NCBI RefSeq assembly: GCF_009914755.1
Contig: NC_060929.1
Length of the DNA: 64,000 nucleotides
Direction: 5' to 3' (one strand)
Source: the human T2T-CHM13v2.0 reference genome, Homo sapiens
Below, piece after piece: positions 1 to 13,501 of this stretch. The position numbers and the translations under genes are program-made. The stretch's first letter is position 1. Each line of letters starts with the position of its first letter. Below the pieces are notes generated by a model. The model made no database searches. It saw nothing but the letters and a program-made list of their open reading frames with translations, and had not been told where the DNA came from.

Positions 1-410
1 TCATAAAATTTACTGATTTCAAATATACAATGCAATGGTTTCAGTAACTTTACCAGGTAGTGGTAAAGCCATCAGTATACATCAATTTCAGAACATTTTA
101 TTACCCCCAATAACCTTCCTCTTGCCCTCTTAAAGTTAGTTAATCCCCTTTCCCATTACCAGTCTTTAGCAACCAACAATCTACTTTCTGTTTCTATAAA
201 TATGGCTTTTCTGGACGTTTTATATAAATTGAATCATGCAGTATGTGATCTCGCATTCTGGCTTTTTTCACTTAGCATGTTACTTTTTAAGTTCGTTTAT
301 GATTTAAAATATGTCAGTGTTTGTTCCTTTTAACTGGTGAATAGTATTCCATCATATAGATATTACACACTTTGTCTAATGGACATTTAAGTTGCTTTTG
401 GTTGGGGATC
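1..410 (-). mobile_element. Old L1M (L1MB/L1ME-like) 3' end fragment
   Basis: Antisense L1M 3'UTR motifs: 'aatctactttctgtttctata', 'gaatcatgcagtatgtg', 'tttttcacttagcat', 'gaatagtattccat'. Confidence 0.75.
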
Positions 411-1514
411 ATTATTTACACGCCAACATGTTAATAATAATTATCTCTGGATGTTGGGATTATAAATGCTTTTCACTTTCTTCTACATACATTTCTCTGT
501 GTGTTTATGCCTTAATAATTCAGGAGGGAGAATTAGGATTAAAGCACTATTTTTAACAGGGCTTAATATAAAATGATGAAACAGCAGGTTTGTTTAGAAA
601 TTTAGATCCCAATTGAATTGTTTTGCATGGCAATTATTTTCTGCATCCTTACTCCCCTGCATGTTCAAGACATTCTGCTGATTTTCTGTAGAAGGCTAAA
701 GAACTGAAAAATTTGTAAATTTTCCAAAATTTATCTTAAAAATAATACCATAATAGTTAATTTCCTTGTTGAAGAGGAATTGACCCAAACACCATTTTTT
801 AAACTTAGCTGCTACTTTAACTTTTACTTGTAATTATTTTATTAAAAGTTTTAGTGTTTTAAGGAGAATAAGTTGAATGTATATACATAATGAATATATA
901 TAACATATATGTACATAAACATATTTATAATGATTTATATCAAATATATAATACATAACACATTATACCCTATAGAAACATGTAACAATAGAAATATGAA
1001 ATACAGAATTTTTCTTAATAGTGGTAATTTGAAAAGATATCATGATTCAGTTATTCTGAATAGTTTTGATGTATTACAGCATTTTTAAAAAATCAGTTAT
1101 ACTTCTTATCCACAAATACTAATTCATCACATACTTACTGGTTCTTTTATATGACAGAAATTTACTATGGGAGTGAGATCGCACTGTTACTGCTCTCAGA
1201 GAACTTTAAAGAGGTAACTTGTAAAAAATTAAATTTCAAAATGATGAGTTAAGGCTAACAATAATAAGAAATAGCAAGATTTACTTGGCTCTCACATATT
1301 TTGTGTTGTGCTGAAATCGATTACAAAAATCTAGTTTATACAGAATCTACATGGTAAGTCAATAAATTCCTCACTAAAAATGAGTGGATCTTTTGTGTAG
1401 TTATTGTTATATTTTTATTATATCATCATCATCATCATTTTAAAATTTGAAGAATCTGCATAAAGTTTGGAACAAGTGTTTCTTTTGTAAAACCTGCCTT
1501 AATTATGCAACACA

Positions 1515-1672
1515 AATGTTTGAAAGTGTGAGAATTACCAAAATGTGACACAGGGACACAGTGTTGTTGGAAAAATGGTGCCAATAGACTTGCTTGATGC
1601 AAGGTTGTCATAAATCTTCAATTTGAAAAACACACAATAATTGTAAAGCACAATACAAAGAGGTATGTCTAT
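1515..1672 (+). mobile_element. Tigger1 DNA transposon terminal fragment
   Basis: 'gagaattaccaaaatgtgacacag...gttggaaaaatggtgccaatagacttgcttgatgcaaggttg...gaggtatgtct' resembles the Tigger1 right end. Confidence 0.8.
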
Positions 1673-1911
1673 GCAAATGGATTTGGGTCAAGGGATTAAG
1701 AACCTCAAAAACCCAAGTTCTTATGTCATCATTAATATTTAATGCATTGCATGAGCTTTAAAATATTAAGCATTCAAATATGTGAAAGTTTACTTGGAAC
1801 AAGAATTCTCTTTTTTCAATGAAAACATCACTGAAAAAATAGTAGGCATTTTTCTAGCTGATGGTGTATGGCCCAAGCATATCTAAAGTGATTGTGCTTG
1901 CCTAAAGCCTG

Positions 1912-2221
1912 GGCCAGGCGCAGTGTCTCACGCCTGTAATCCCAGCACTTTGGGAGGCCTAGGCGGGCGAATCACGAGATCAAGAGTTCAAGACCAGCCT
2001 GGCCAACATGGTGAAACCCTGTCTCTACTAAAAATACAAAAATTAGCCGGACATGGTGGCACATGACAGCAGTCCCAGCTATTGGGGAGGCTGAGGCAGA
2101 ATAATCTCTTGAACCCAGGAGGCGGAGATTGCAGTGAGCTGAGATCACACCACTGCAGTGAGCTGAGATCACGCCACATGGAGCAAGACTCCATCTCAAA
2201 AAAAAGAAAAAAAAAAAAAAA
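1912..2221 (+). mobile_element. AluS (Sg-like) with internal 24-bp duplication/deletion
   Basis: Dimeric Alu with A-rich linker and poly(A) tail; flanks aaagcctg/aaagtctg resemble a TSD. Confidence 0.95.
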
Positions 2222-2268
2222 GTCTGGATCTGAATTTTCCAGTAGTGAAATAAAAATGAAAAGCATTG

Positions 2269-2658
2269 TGTCTAAGTCCATTTTATGCTGCTATATATAA
2301 CCCAAACCTGAGACTGGGTAATTTATAAAATAATAGAAATTTGTTTGTCATGGTTCTGGAAGCTGGGAGGTCCAAGATCAAGGCACGCATCTGGTGTCTA
2401 GTGAGGGCCTTCTTGCTGCACCTTCACATGGCAGGAGGTGGAAAGGCAAATGGAGAGGAACATTGTGTCTTTACATAACAAAAGAGTGGAAGAGAGGGAA
2501 TCCACTCCCAAAAACCTTTTTGTAACAGCATTAACCCATTCATGAGGATGGAGCTTTCCTGACCTAAAGACCTCCCAGTAGGCCCCACCTCCCAACACTG
2601 TTGCACTGGAGATTATTTTCAACACATAAATTTTGGGGGACACATTCAGACCATAGCA
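2269..2658 (-). mobile_element. MaLR solo LTR (MSTC/MSTD-like)
   Basis: 'tgtctaagtccattttatgctgcta...ctgagactgggtaatttataaa...ggttctggaagctgggaggtccaagatcaagg...cacattcagaccatagca'. Confidence 0.85.
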
Positions 2659-4399
2659 TATAGTTATGTGATCTTATTAGAAAGGAGGAAGAATTTAAAT
2701 TTATCAGGGAGAGACAAGGTTTATTCTTGAGATTCATGTCCTCAAAATTTGTATGGCCAATTCAAACAGAAATTTTATTATGAGTTTTTTTAAACATCCT
2801 CTAAGAAAACTTAGCAACGTAATATTAAAATACAACTTTATGAATGTGATTCCAGGGAACATAGCAAACACAATACTCTCCAAAACGAGTTTATAGCCAG
2901 TTCTAGAATCGGTGTGGCCTCAAATAGCAATGTCCTTCTTGACTGGAAGCATGATGAAGCACCCCATATTTATTCTTCCTGACTTGAACTAATTTCACCT
3001 AATTAGATACTCTTCGGTGATTTACAGTAATCCAGGTTTTAAGTTAAAAGTATCTTAAGAAGGAGTGACTGAATGCTTCCCTGAACCTAACTTTTGAAAA
3101 GAGCCCAACTTCTATGCTTTTGTGTTGCTGTTTAGTTTCAAAATATTTACATCTCTAAAATAGATGCCAAAGCTTTCTACTGTTAAATCATAATGGTCTT
3201 AACTAATGTTCTAACCTGATTAGAAGAAACTTCACCACCAAGGAAGGGGCACCTAAGAGCAAAGGCATTAGTTTCTTCCAGATTGGCCACTGAAAATGTC
3301 ACAATTTTGTGTGTTAAAGTAACCAATTACTTCAGTTTTAATAGCTTACTGTGACAGGAAGATACATGGAAGATAACATAGCATAACTAGAGAGTAACTC
3401 ATTGGAAATCAAATGAGTTTTCTTTTTCCTTTTAATTCACAACATATTTTATTAGCTTATGATAGACTTAAAAGTTTATAAATTTATTGCTGGACTTCTC
3501 TAGTGCAACTCTTCTGTTTACAATGTTAATCACCTTGATAGTTGTGGATTTACATTCTTCTCATGTCATAGATGTCTGGGACAGAAAAGCAACTAATTAA
3601 TTTATGTCAAGGAAGAAAAATGCATTTATTTATATCTAAATGAAAAAAGAGCAACACCTTTTTTCATAAATAAATGTATCACTTGGTGACAATACAAGAT
3701 GTTCTTGCTTGAATTAGATACTAGGTCCTGAAAGAAAGTACGGAAAAATAGGTGACTCAGGTTATGTAAGACTATTGAAAACAAAACTTTCTTAAATCTG
3801 TTATTGACAGGAAGATGAATTCTCTAAATTTCACTGAAAAGATTCACTATGGTTGAGTGCCAGTAAAGCTTCTGTTTACGGACTCATGAAAACAAAGAAT
3901 GGAGGTCAGGTAAAGAGCTCAGAGAACCTCCTTAAAAAGTTGTCTGTAATGTAAAAACAAAAAAGGATGAAACCTCAGTATTTTAACAATAGCTTCAATT
4001 TGTATTTTATAAGAGCTAATATCAATGCAACTTGCCTATACAGAAACTTGTGATTCCTGGACAGATGTGCAGCCAAAGAGGTTTATTTTAATTAATAAAA
4101 TGGCTATGAGTAGCATAATTGCAGGTTAACAATCTAACCTTAAGCAAACACTATATTCCTCTGATTAAGTTTATTTCCTTTTACTTTAAATTTTCTCCAC
4201 ATAGCCTAATTTTTCTCAATGCCCCTTTTTCCTCGATTCACCAAAAAAAAGAAGTCACTGTGATATGCTTCAAACAAGTAAAACCATCTGACAATTTTTG
4301 CTTGAAATCTTACAAATATCATTTTAAGCTCCTGTTCAACGACAAACTTGCAATTACTTTGAACAAGTTACTTTATTTCTTTGCCCTTAATTTTCTCAT

Positions 4400-4505
4400 C
4401 GATTAAAGGAAATTAATACCTATAGGGTAGGATGGTGGTAAAAATTAGACAACATGTGATCAAATTGCCAAGTGCCTAGTAAATGCTAAATAAGTAGTAT
4501 TATAA
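4400..4505 (+). mobile_element. MIR 3' fragment
   Basis: Degenerate 'aattaatacctatagggt...aagtgcctagtaaatgctaaataagtagta'. Confidence 0.45.
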
Positions 4506-4623
4506 TTAGTTTTAGTTTTGATTTTTGTTTGTTGTAAATAAACAGACTTCTACTTCTGGTGATTTACCAGCCAATAGTGCTTAAATGAAGTTGCCCTCTG
4601 TTAATGGAGTATTTAACTCCTAA

Positions 4624-4963
<340 letters not shown>

Positions 4964-6755
4964 TCTTGTTCTCTTATAGAACCCATGAGAGAATCAAAAG
5001 ACATATCTGTGACTTTAGTTCATACCACCTAAGCTCCTTTCCATTAGCGAATTTGAGCCGTAAGATTGAAATAATAGCTAGATACATTGGGAGGCAGGGA
5101 GCAGGAACAATAGAGAGCTACAAAGAATGTGAAAGACAATTTAGTGCTTCCCCCTAGCCTGTATTTCATCTTACCCTTTGCTGTCTATGGACTATTCATC
5201 AGAATTAACATGAGCTGAAATCTCCTTTGAAATTTTAATCAATTTAACATTGGTGTATCTATAGATTAGATGAAATAACTTTTGCTGTCTCTTCTAAGCA
5301 CCTTTGTCATATGAATGGCTTATAGCCCTCATATTTCTCAACATGAATTTCTAGATATCCTTCTATTTCAATCTTGTTTTCAAAGGACAAGGTGGAAGAT
5401 GACAATGGTAATGAAGATTAACTGAAAGACTAATTATTTAGTCACTGGTGGGGGGGACGAGGCATACAGCTAAATCTTTCTGTCAGGAATATTCATAACT
5501 AGTTCAGTTTAAATGCCAGATTTATGAGAGCAAGTGACCCATCTCTATCATGTGCCGGATGCTTTATTTAAGGTAGGTTCAGAAGATTCTTAATTTTTTA
5601 TGCAAAGCTATTCACTGTATATCAATCCTAAAACATTACTCTCTTTCCACTTCTCTATGTGCTATGCCCTACATATATGTAACCACAGACATTTATATTG
5701 AGTCTTAAATGATTATTATATGTTACGAATCTATATTTTGGAATACTCACACAGCACTTATTTTTTTCTTTTTAACCTGACAACAAGATTCATTTGATTG
5801 GTGATAAGTTGTGTGCCATAAACTCAACATGAATAGATTGCCAGTTAGTAGATTTAGGATAGATAAGGGAGAAAAATCACTAATCTGATATTTAACTATG
5901 GCCCAACAAACACAATCCAAAGTTTATAACTGTGCCACTTAATCTTCAATTTTTCCTGGGCCATATGCCTTTTAAGTTTGTGATACTTGGTAGCTACAAA
6001 AAGCTGCTGACAGTAGTTTTATCAATGGTAATAATGAGTAAAAAAAACTTATGGTTTTGAACAGTCTGTAAATCTTCTTGAGCCAAAGGGACTCTTATTA
6101 TGCATGGATTACAGTCAGCTAGAAACCTTGAAGGCTATGGAAGTCTGTTATTCAAATACACAGTGACATGCACATTCTTAAGCAAGTCATGAGGTCCAGG
6201 ACATACCATTCCAACTAATCTCTAAGAAGAAATATTTGAAATAAGGCAAGATCTTTCCCTTCGGGTGCTTCGCTCACCATTTACTCAATACCTCCAAGAT
6301 TCTTTATAAACTCTAAAAGTTCCCAATGACTCAATTCTCCTTCATTTCTCTAAAGTGGGCCTTCTCACTCTTTCACCTCTGGTGGTGGCATTGTTTCTGT
6401 CCTCCTGGGCTCATGGTAAATATTTACATTGATAATTGACCACAGTGCTTTTTTCTACTGAACCTCATCACAGCCTCAGAATCTTTCTCAAACTTATACT
6501 ACAAGATTACACTAGCATTTGATCATAATCAGCATGGCAACTGAAATGAAAATCCATCTTTTGCCTTAAATGAACTAACGTTGAGAACATCAGAGATCAG
6601 GGTGGGCGGTAGGGGGTTGGGGTGACAGAACGTTGCATGTTTAAAGCATGCAATGCAGTGATTGGTGCTTTGATTATCTCTTAAACAGGGTGGTTGGTAA
6701 TAAAGTTCAGTGAAGTATGCGTTTCCCAAACATTCCAAGTCTTTTACAGAAAATG

Positions 6756-6845
6756 GGGCAGGGGAGGAAAAAGGAAGGAAGGAAGGAAGGGGAAGAGAAA
6801 GGGGAAGGGAAGGAAGGAGGGAGAGAGGGACAGAGGGAGAGAGAC
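6756..6845. repeat. Purine-rich (GGAA/GA)n low-complexity tract
   Basis: 'aaggaaggaaggaaggaaggggaagagaaaggggaaggg...' seen directly. Confidence 0.9.
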
Positions 6846-6873
6846 TTTCTGGTAAAGATTTTGCTTTGGCCCT

Positions 6874-7659
<786 letters not shown>

Positions 7660-7799
7660 ACTATATCTACACAGCAGCAACAAAAGAAATAAATCAGGGC
7701 GAGGAGACCTAATACTCATAGTGGATGAACTATGTTTCAAACCTCTCCTTAATTACTTTTGCTTCTAGTTATGTTTCTAAGAATATAGCTTATTATATT

Positions 7800-8035
7800 T
7801 GAGAACAGGGCTGAGGGTAAAGTATGCTGGGATTCATCCAAATTCCACCATCCGTTTACTAATCATGTGGCCCTAGGGGGCCCGGCAAGTGACTTAAGCT
7901 CTCTGTGCCTTCTCGGTGTTTTGCACCTGGAAAGGGGGGTGATAAAAATATGTTTTCTCTAGTACTTCTGAAGATTAAGTGCTTTATTCCATGCAAAGTG
8001 CTTAGTACCATCTTTGGTATACGATAAATGTTGCC
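7800..8035 (+). mobile_element. MIR
   Basis: MIR core 'caagtgacttaagctctctgtgcct' and 3' 'atgcaaagtgcttagtac'. Confidence 0.7.
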
Positions 8036-9797
8036 TCCTATCTTTCCTGGAACTGTTTTTTGTATATAACATATTCCATAAAATGCTGTTAAATGAACAT
8101 TGTAGGAAAGAAGTTGCCAGTGATATAACTTTTGGATGTAATCATTTCATGATGCAACTTCTTTTGATTCTTCATTGTATGGTGTAAAAAATACCTGAAA
8201 ATGCTTAAGCTCTAGCACTTTAGCCATCACAATAAATTCTATACAGTGAAGAGAATTACATATTTAACTCTATTCTAGTCCTTACACATCTGATAGACTA
8301 AACAGGAGGTTACAGGTACTTTCAGATCAGTCCGACCATCTTAATAATGTTAAATTGTTGATGTTTCAGATGTGATAAAACATTGGTAACTGAGACGCAG
8401 CCTTCATATTATTAATTGAGATCCTATAAAGTGCTTTTCATTATATGTAGTATTTGCCAGTCAATATTCATTTAGCTAACCAAAGCTTTTACAGTTCATG
8501 TTTCAGTTTCTTTCAGTATGACATTTTTATATGACATCCAGTTCCAGGAGAAATTTTTTGTTTTGACACGTGCAATTAATATTTAAAAACTAGATGGAAC
8601 AAAATTAATACCTCCATAGCAGCAAAGCAAAGTAAATCAAGAGAGGGAAAAAGGAAGGTATTGCTTGTCCCTAGACATATTAGAGAGACTAGCTCTAGTT
8701 TAGTGACTTTTAAAATTGAAATGTACTTCTAATTTTCTTAAGCTAAGTTTTAATGTATCCAATTGCATTAAGGCATTTTAGAACATATAACCAGGTCTAA
8801 TTTTACTTCATGCTTTACTCTCAGGCCTTAAATGCCAGCCCAACGAACCAAAACAGGCATGATGTAGGAGAAGGTCAGTAAGGGCAGGGTATCAAACAAT
8901 TATATTGAACTACTCAATGGGATAAAAATAATGGAATTTCTAGAGCAGACCTGGATTCAATCCAAATACATCAATGGTATACATCCTATTGTACTTCACT
9001 GTGCTTCATCTCTATCTTTCAGCAAATCAAACCTACATTGCTTTCAGATAATACAGGTTTAGTCCCCTGAATTTAACTGTTTTAAGGTTATTTTAGGGTT
9101 GTTAATTTTTGAAAATACTACCAGTAATCTGAATTAATTTTAATTCAAAAAAAATATAAAATTATCAAATAATATAATAATAATAAATATCTCAGTGACA
9201 AGAAGCCAGACTACATTGTGTCAAGGCTTTTACAAAGAGAAAAAGTAGCCACCATGTTTCATTCTGCAATTAATGTGTAGTGGAAAAAATTTTCCTAGTA
9301 CTTTTTAGACTTAAAAATGAAACTTAGAAGCTCTTTGTCCAAATGATTTTACTGATAGTGTTGTACGAATATGAAAAAAGAAAATGTTTAAAATATTCTA
9401 TTCAACACTTCTCCTGTACAAGATACAAAAACCCACCTTCTTATTTTGGGTTGGATATGCTATCTGGTAGGCTTTCCTAAGGATTTAAGTGATTATATTC
9501 ATAACTTTAGACTGCCAGTTGTTGAAAATTTTCACCATTTAAAATAAAGATGTTAAATTCCAAACACTTGTCTGAATATGAATTCCCAGAAATCACATCT
9601 ATCTAAATAGTTTTTAAATTGATTGCATTTGATCCTAGTGAATGTAATATTATAGGGCTAATGAAAATATGATTCAAATGGAAAAATCTAACATATATAA
9701 GCTATTTGAGAATACAAGTTAAATGAAGTAAGATGAACTAAGATTAATCATATTTATAGAAAGCTCACTAGTTACTGGAAATTAAAGGTGTTTTCTG

Positions 9798-9978
9798 AAC
9801 TGGACAATGTGGCACACACCTGTAGTCCCAGCTACTGCGGGGGCTGAGGTGGATGGATCACTTGAGCTCAGGACATCAAGACCTCTGGGCAACAGAGAGA
9901 GAGAGAGAAAGAGAGAGAGACCCTGTCTCAAAAATGATAGTAATAAAATTTTAAAATAAAATAAAAATTAAATAAAAA
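9798..9978 (+). mobile_element. FLAM_A-like Alu monomer with internal (GA)n
   Basis: 'gtggcacacacctgtagtcccagctac...ggatcacttgagctcagg...ctgggcaacag(ag)n accctgtctcaaaaa'. Confidence 0.85.
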
Positions 9979-10579
9979 TGTTTTCTTTTGTTGGAAAGAA
10001 CTAAAATCAAGTTAAAATTATTTGTTTAAATAAGCAATTATATGATATATAATTATATATTAATAGTATTTAATATGTTATTAAAATTATATACACATAG
10101 TTGTAGGGATTGACTAATTTAGAAAGTGCACAGCTAAGACAGGCCTACGGAAGCCATGTGCCACCTACTTAAAAATTATTAACTTATGGTTTTGTGCCAG
10201 TGGCCAGAGATGGTGCATACAGACCAAGAGAGCCATAACTCTTTCTTCCTATCAAGTAAAACAACAAACCTCACTGACAATGAAATTTCCAATCTGACTT
10301 CATAGCACAGCTTTCTAAGCAATTACTACTAATCTAATAGAATTGGTACATGAGATGAAAATTATTTCTCATCTCTGAAATCAATTATTCCAGAAATGGT
10401 TGAATTACCTAAACAACCACCATCCAACCAATTGTCTTTTCATGAATGATCAGGCATTCATCTTGGATTGCTGCCAATAAGTAGAATGTTATAGAGACAG
10501 AATGGCATATGAAAGAGATATCAAAAGAAGGAAATGAAAAGGAGATTAATTTAAAGTAGGGTTATTTGACAACCTTAGA

Positions 10580-10580
<1 letters not shown>

Positions 10581-10619
<39 letters not shown>
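10581..10619. repeat. (TA)n microsatellite
   Basis: About 19 perfect TA units. Confidence 0.98.
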
Positions 10620-10623
<4 letters not shown>

Positions 10624-10634
10624 TTAAAATAACA

Positions 10635-10850
10635 TAAACTAATTAAATCAATAAACATCATTGAGTAATATTATAAAACAGATACTATTCTAAATTTTAA
10701 TGATACAGCAATAAAAATCTTTTAAAAAGACAGAAAGTCATGCCTGCACTAAACTTTTTACGCCAATTTGTGGGGGAAAAACTATAAACAAGTAAATAAA
10801 TAGATAAAACCTCTTAGATTGCGATAAATACCTAAGCAAATAAGCAGAGA
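10635..10850 (-). mobile_element. L2 3' end fragment
   Basis: 'aatcaataaacatcattgag...tactattctaaatttt...atacagcaataaa' is L2 tail-like. Confidence 0.5.
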
Positions 10851-11837
10851 AGGAATATCCAGTGTCAGCTGTGAAACACTGGTAGTGCTTAGAAGTTGTC
10901 ACTCTCATCTTTAAAATAAGATAAAATTTGACAAGCTGAAAATCAATCTTCTTTTTTACCCCTTCCCGGAACTGATGTTACAAGGCAAGTGGCCACCTTG
11001 AAATCTGGTTGGAAAGTCACATCCAGAGGGACAGAGCAGCTGAAAGGTGCTGATGTGGAGCAGAAGCCAATTAAGCCGTGAGCTGGTAAAAACACTTAAG
11101 TGGTAATTTTGATGAATGACTGGAGAATGAAGGTAAAATAGCAAGACAGTGAGAACCCTCCAGGGGCTGCAGTCTCATGAAGAATGCCACACTTTTGTGG
11201 GCTTTCCCCTGAGAACCCCACCAGATTTTCAAAATGAGAATCCAGGAAAGAACCCTTATAGCTCTGGCAAAGGAGAAGAAGAGTAACCATTGGGAAATGT
11301 GCCTAGAGTCTTCTCTATAATAAAGGCCTTGCATCCAGGGAAAGGACATTGCCAGAGCTCAACTCCAAAGCATTATCCCAGCAGAGAGAAGATAATTCAT
11401 CCCAACTACAGCTCTCTCTTATCTTTCTGTGTAACCTATGGGGGATGATCACAGGGACCAGAGCTTCGAGGAAAAAGATGGTGAACACTGCAGCCAAGGA
11501 AGAGAATAGAGGGCAGGGGAAGGAAACTTTTACCAGTGGAGAAACACGTATGAAGGTTACAGCTCCAAAACACAGACTGCGATTTATTCTGAAGAGTATA
11601 GAAGATTCCCTTTTCCCCTACTTTAGGACCATGACAACAAGCTTCCAGCAAAACATCAGTGGGTTACAGCTGAAAGAGCTGCAAGACACAGACAGAATTT
11701 GAGGAGCGGAACAAAGGCAAACTCCAAGCAAAGATGGGAGCCAAAAATAAGGATGTTAAGGGAATTTGAAGGTTTTGGCACCTACAGCTACAGCACACAT
11801 TAAACAGTCAAACTCTTAGCTAGATTACCATAAAATC

Positions 11838-12283
11838 TGTGTTAGTCCATTCTCACACTGCTATAAAGAACTACCTGAGACTGGGTAATTTATGAAGAAA
11901 AGAGGTTTAATTGACTCACAGTTCCACAGACTTAACAGGAAGCAAGTTCCACAGGCTTAACAGGTTAAATTGACTCATAGTTTAAAGTCATGCTTTAAAT
12001 TGTGAGTCAATTAAAGACTCACAGGCCTTGTGAGGCCACATAAGACCTGAGAAAACTTACAATCATGGCAGAAAGCAATGGGGGAAGCAAGCACCCTCTT
12101 CACAAGGCGGCAGGAGAGAAAGACAGCAAAGGCGGAGGTGCTACACACTTTTAAACAGCCAGCTCTCCTGAGAACTCACTCACTACCACAAGAACAGCAA
12201 GGGGGACATCTGCTCTCGTGATCCAATCACCTCCCACCAGGTCCCTCCCTCAACACTGGAGATTACAGCGGCAAAGCATATCA
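11838..12283 (-). mobile_element. MaLR LTR (MSTA/THE1D-like), internally rearranged
   Basis: 'tgtgttagtccattctcacactgctataaagaactacctgagactgggtaatttatgaagaaaagaggtttaattgactcac...ccaatcacctcccaccaggtccc'. Confidence 0.9.
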
Positions 12284-12369
12284 AAACTACACACAAAAGG
12301 CTTACTTACTTCAGTTCTTATTACACAATTCAACATTCCAACTTTAAAAAAAAATTACAAGCCATGCTA

Positions 12370-13181
12370 ATTCAGCACAGAGAAAACTGTGTCCCCAAAT
12401 ATGGCACTTTCTTTAACATGCTGAGCTAAAGAAGCAACCTCAAGGTCTCTCTAACCTCACCCCTACTCCTGTGTCTCAACGCTTTTGTCTCTCCCATAGC
12501 ACAAGATAAGGCTGTTAACTAAGGCTTCCTTATCTACCTAAGTAACAGACCCCTAAAGAACACAATTGCCTTCCATGCCTTCCCTGAAATCTCATTATCT
12601 ATCTCAGAAAATAAGACTGAGGAATGCAACCATACCTGGACAGCCTTTTTCAAGCAATGTTTGCCTCTCAGCTCATTCAAAGTCCAAAAAGAATCAGTTA
12701 CAAGTTAATTTCTGTCTACTCTGTCTACTGGGTTCCTATTACAATAAGAAAACTGGGTTCCTGGTTTCCTATTACAGTAAGAAAACCCATACCCTTGCTC
12801 AGCTCCCTAACAATAGGTGCTGTCAACTGGTTTAAACCCAGACCACTACAACACTGATTGGACAAAGGACTGACCTTACCTTCTTTCCTGATAAGCTATT
12901 ACAGTTCTTAAATCAGTTTCAGCCAGCTTATGGAGGCTGCATATACAATTATTAACTATTCCTCAAAAGAATTGCTTACATTCACCATCTCCTTCTTCTT
13001 CTAAGAAGGTAATATAAGCTTCTGTACTACATCAGGTTAGTGGGTGATCATTCCCCTGCAATTCCCCCAGGCTATGAGTGTTAAAATAAATTTTGTATGG
13101 CTTTTGTTCCTGCCTTTTGTTAGTTGATTTTCAGTGAACTTCAGAAGGTAAAGGAGGAAGCTTTCCCTCTTGGTCCCTACA
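12370..13181 (+). mobile_element. 5' LTR (MER34/MER39-like) carrying a templated insert
   Basis: 'gaaaactgtgtccccaaatatggcac...aataaattttgtatgg...ctttccctcttggtccctaca'. Confidence 0.8.
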
Positions 13182-13501
13182 GTTTTGGTCCTGCAAGCAG
13201 GGTAACCAAACAGCTCTGCTCTTCTAGAAGCCACAGTCTAGAGAAACTGGGACCTGACAGGTTGGCCAAAAAAACAAAAAAAAGTAAAATTTTCTTACCA
13301 GTCAGATTTCTGCATGTATTTTTGTGGAATCCAGTGAAGCAGACAGTAAAAATTACTGATTTTCTCTTTTTCCTTTCCAAATTTAAGACTCATAGTAGAA
13401 AAGAATTTCTGTGACTAGTCTTAGGTGTAAAAACTCTGGTGTCTTTTTGGTATAAATATTCACACTGTCTGATCCCTTTTCTCCCAGAAATACCTTTGTT
13501 T

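Noticed and set aside
1972-2300. ORFs of 72-97 aa (also at 4.6-4.9, 7.0, 20.2 and 32.4 kb)
   Set aside because: They are Alu read-through peptides (e.g. LECSGxISAHCNL, [14 protein letters not shown]), not genes.
11349-11702. 117-aa ORF
   Set aside because: Lies in old L1 5' sequence, non-ATG start, no homology recognised.
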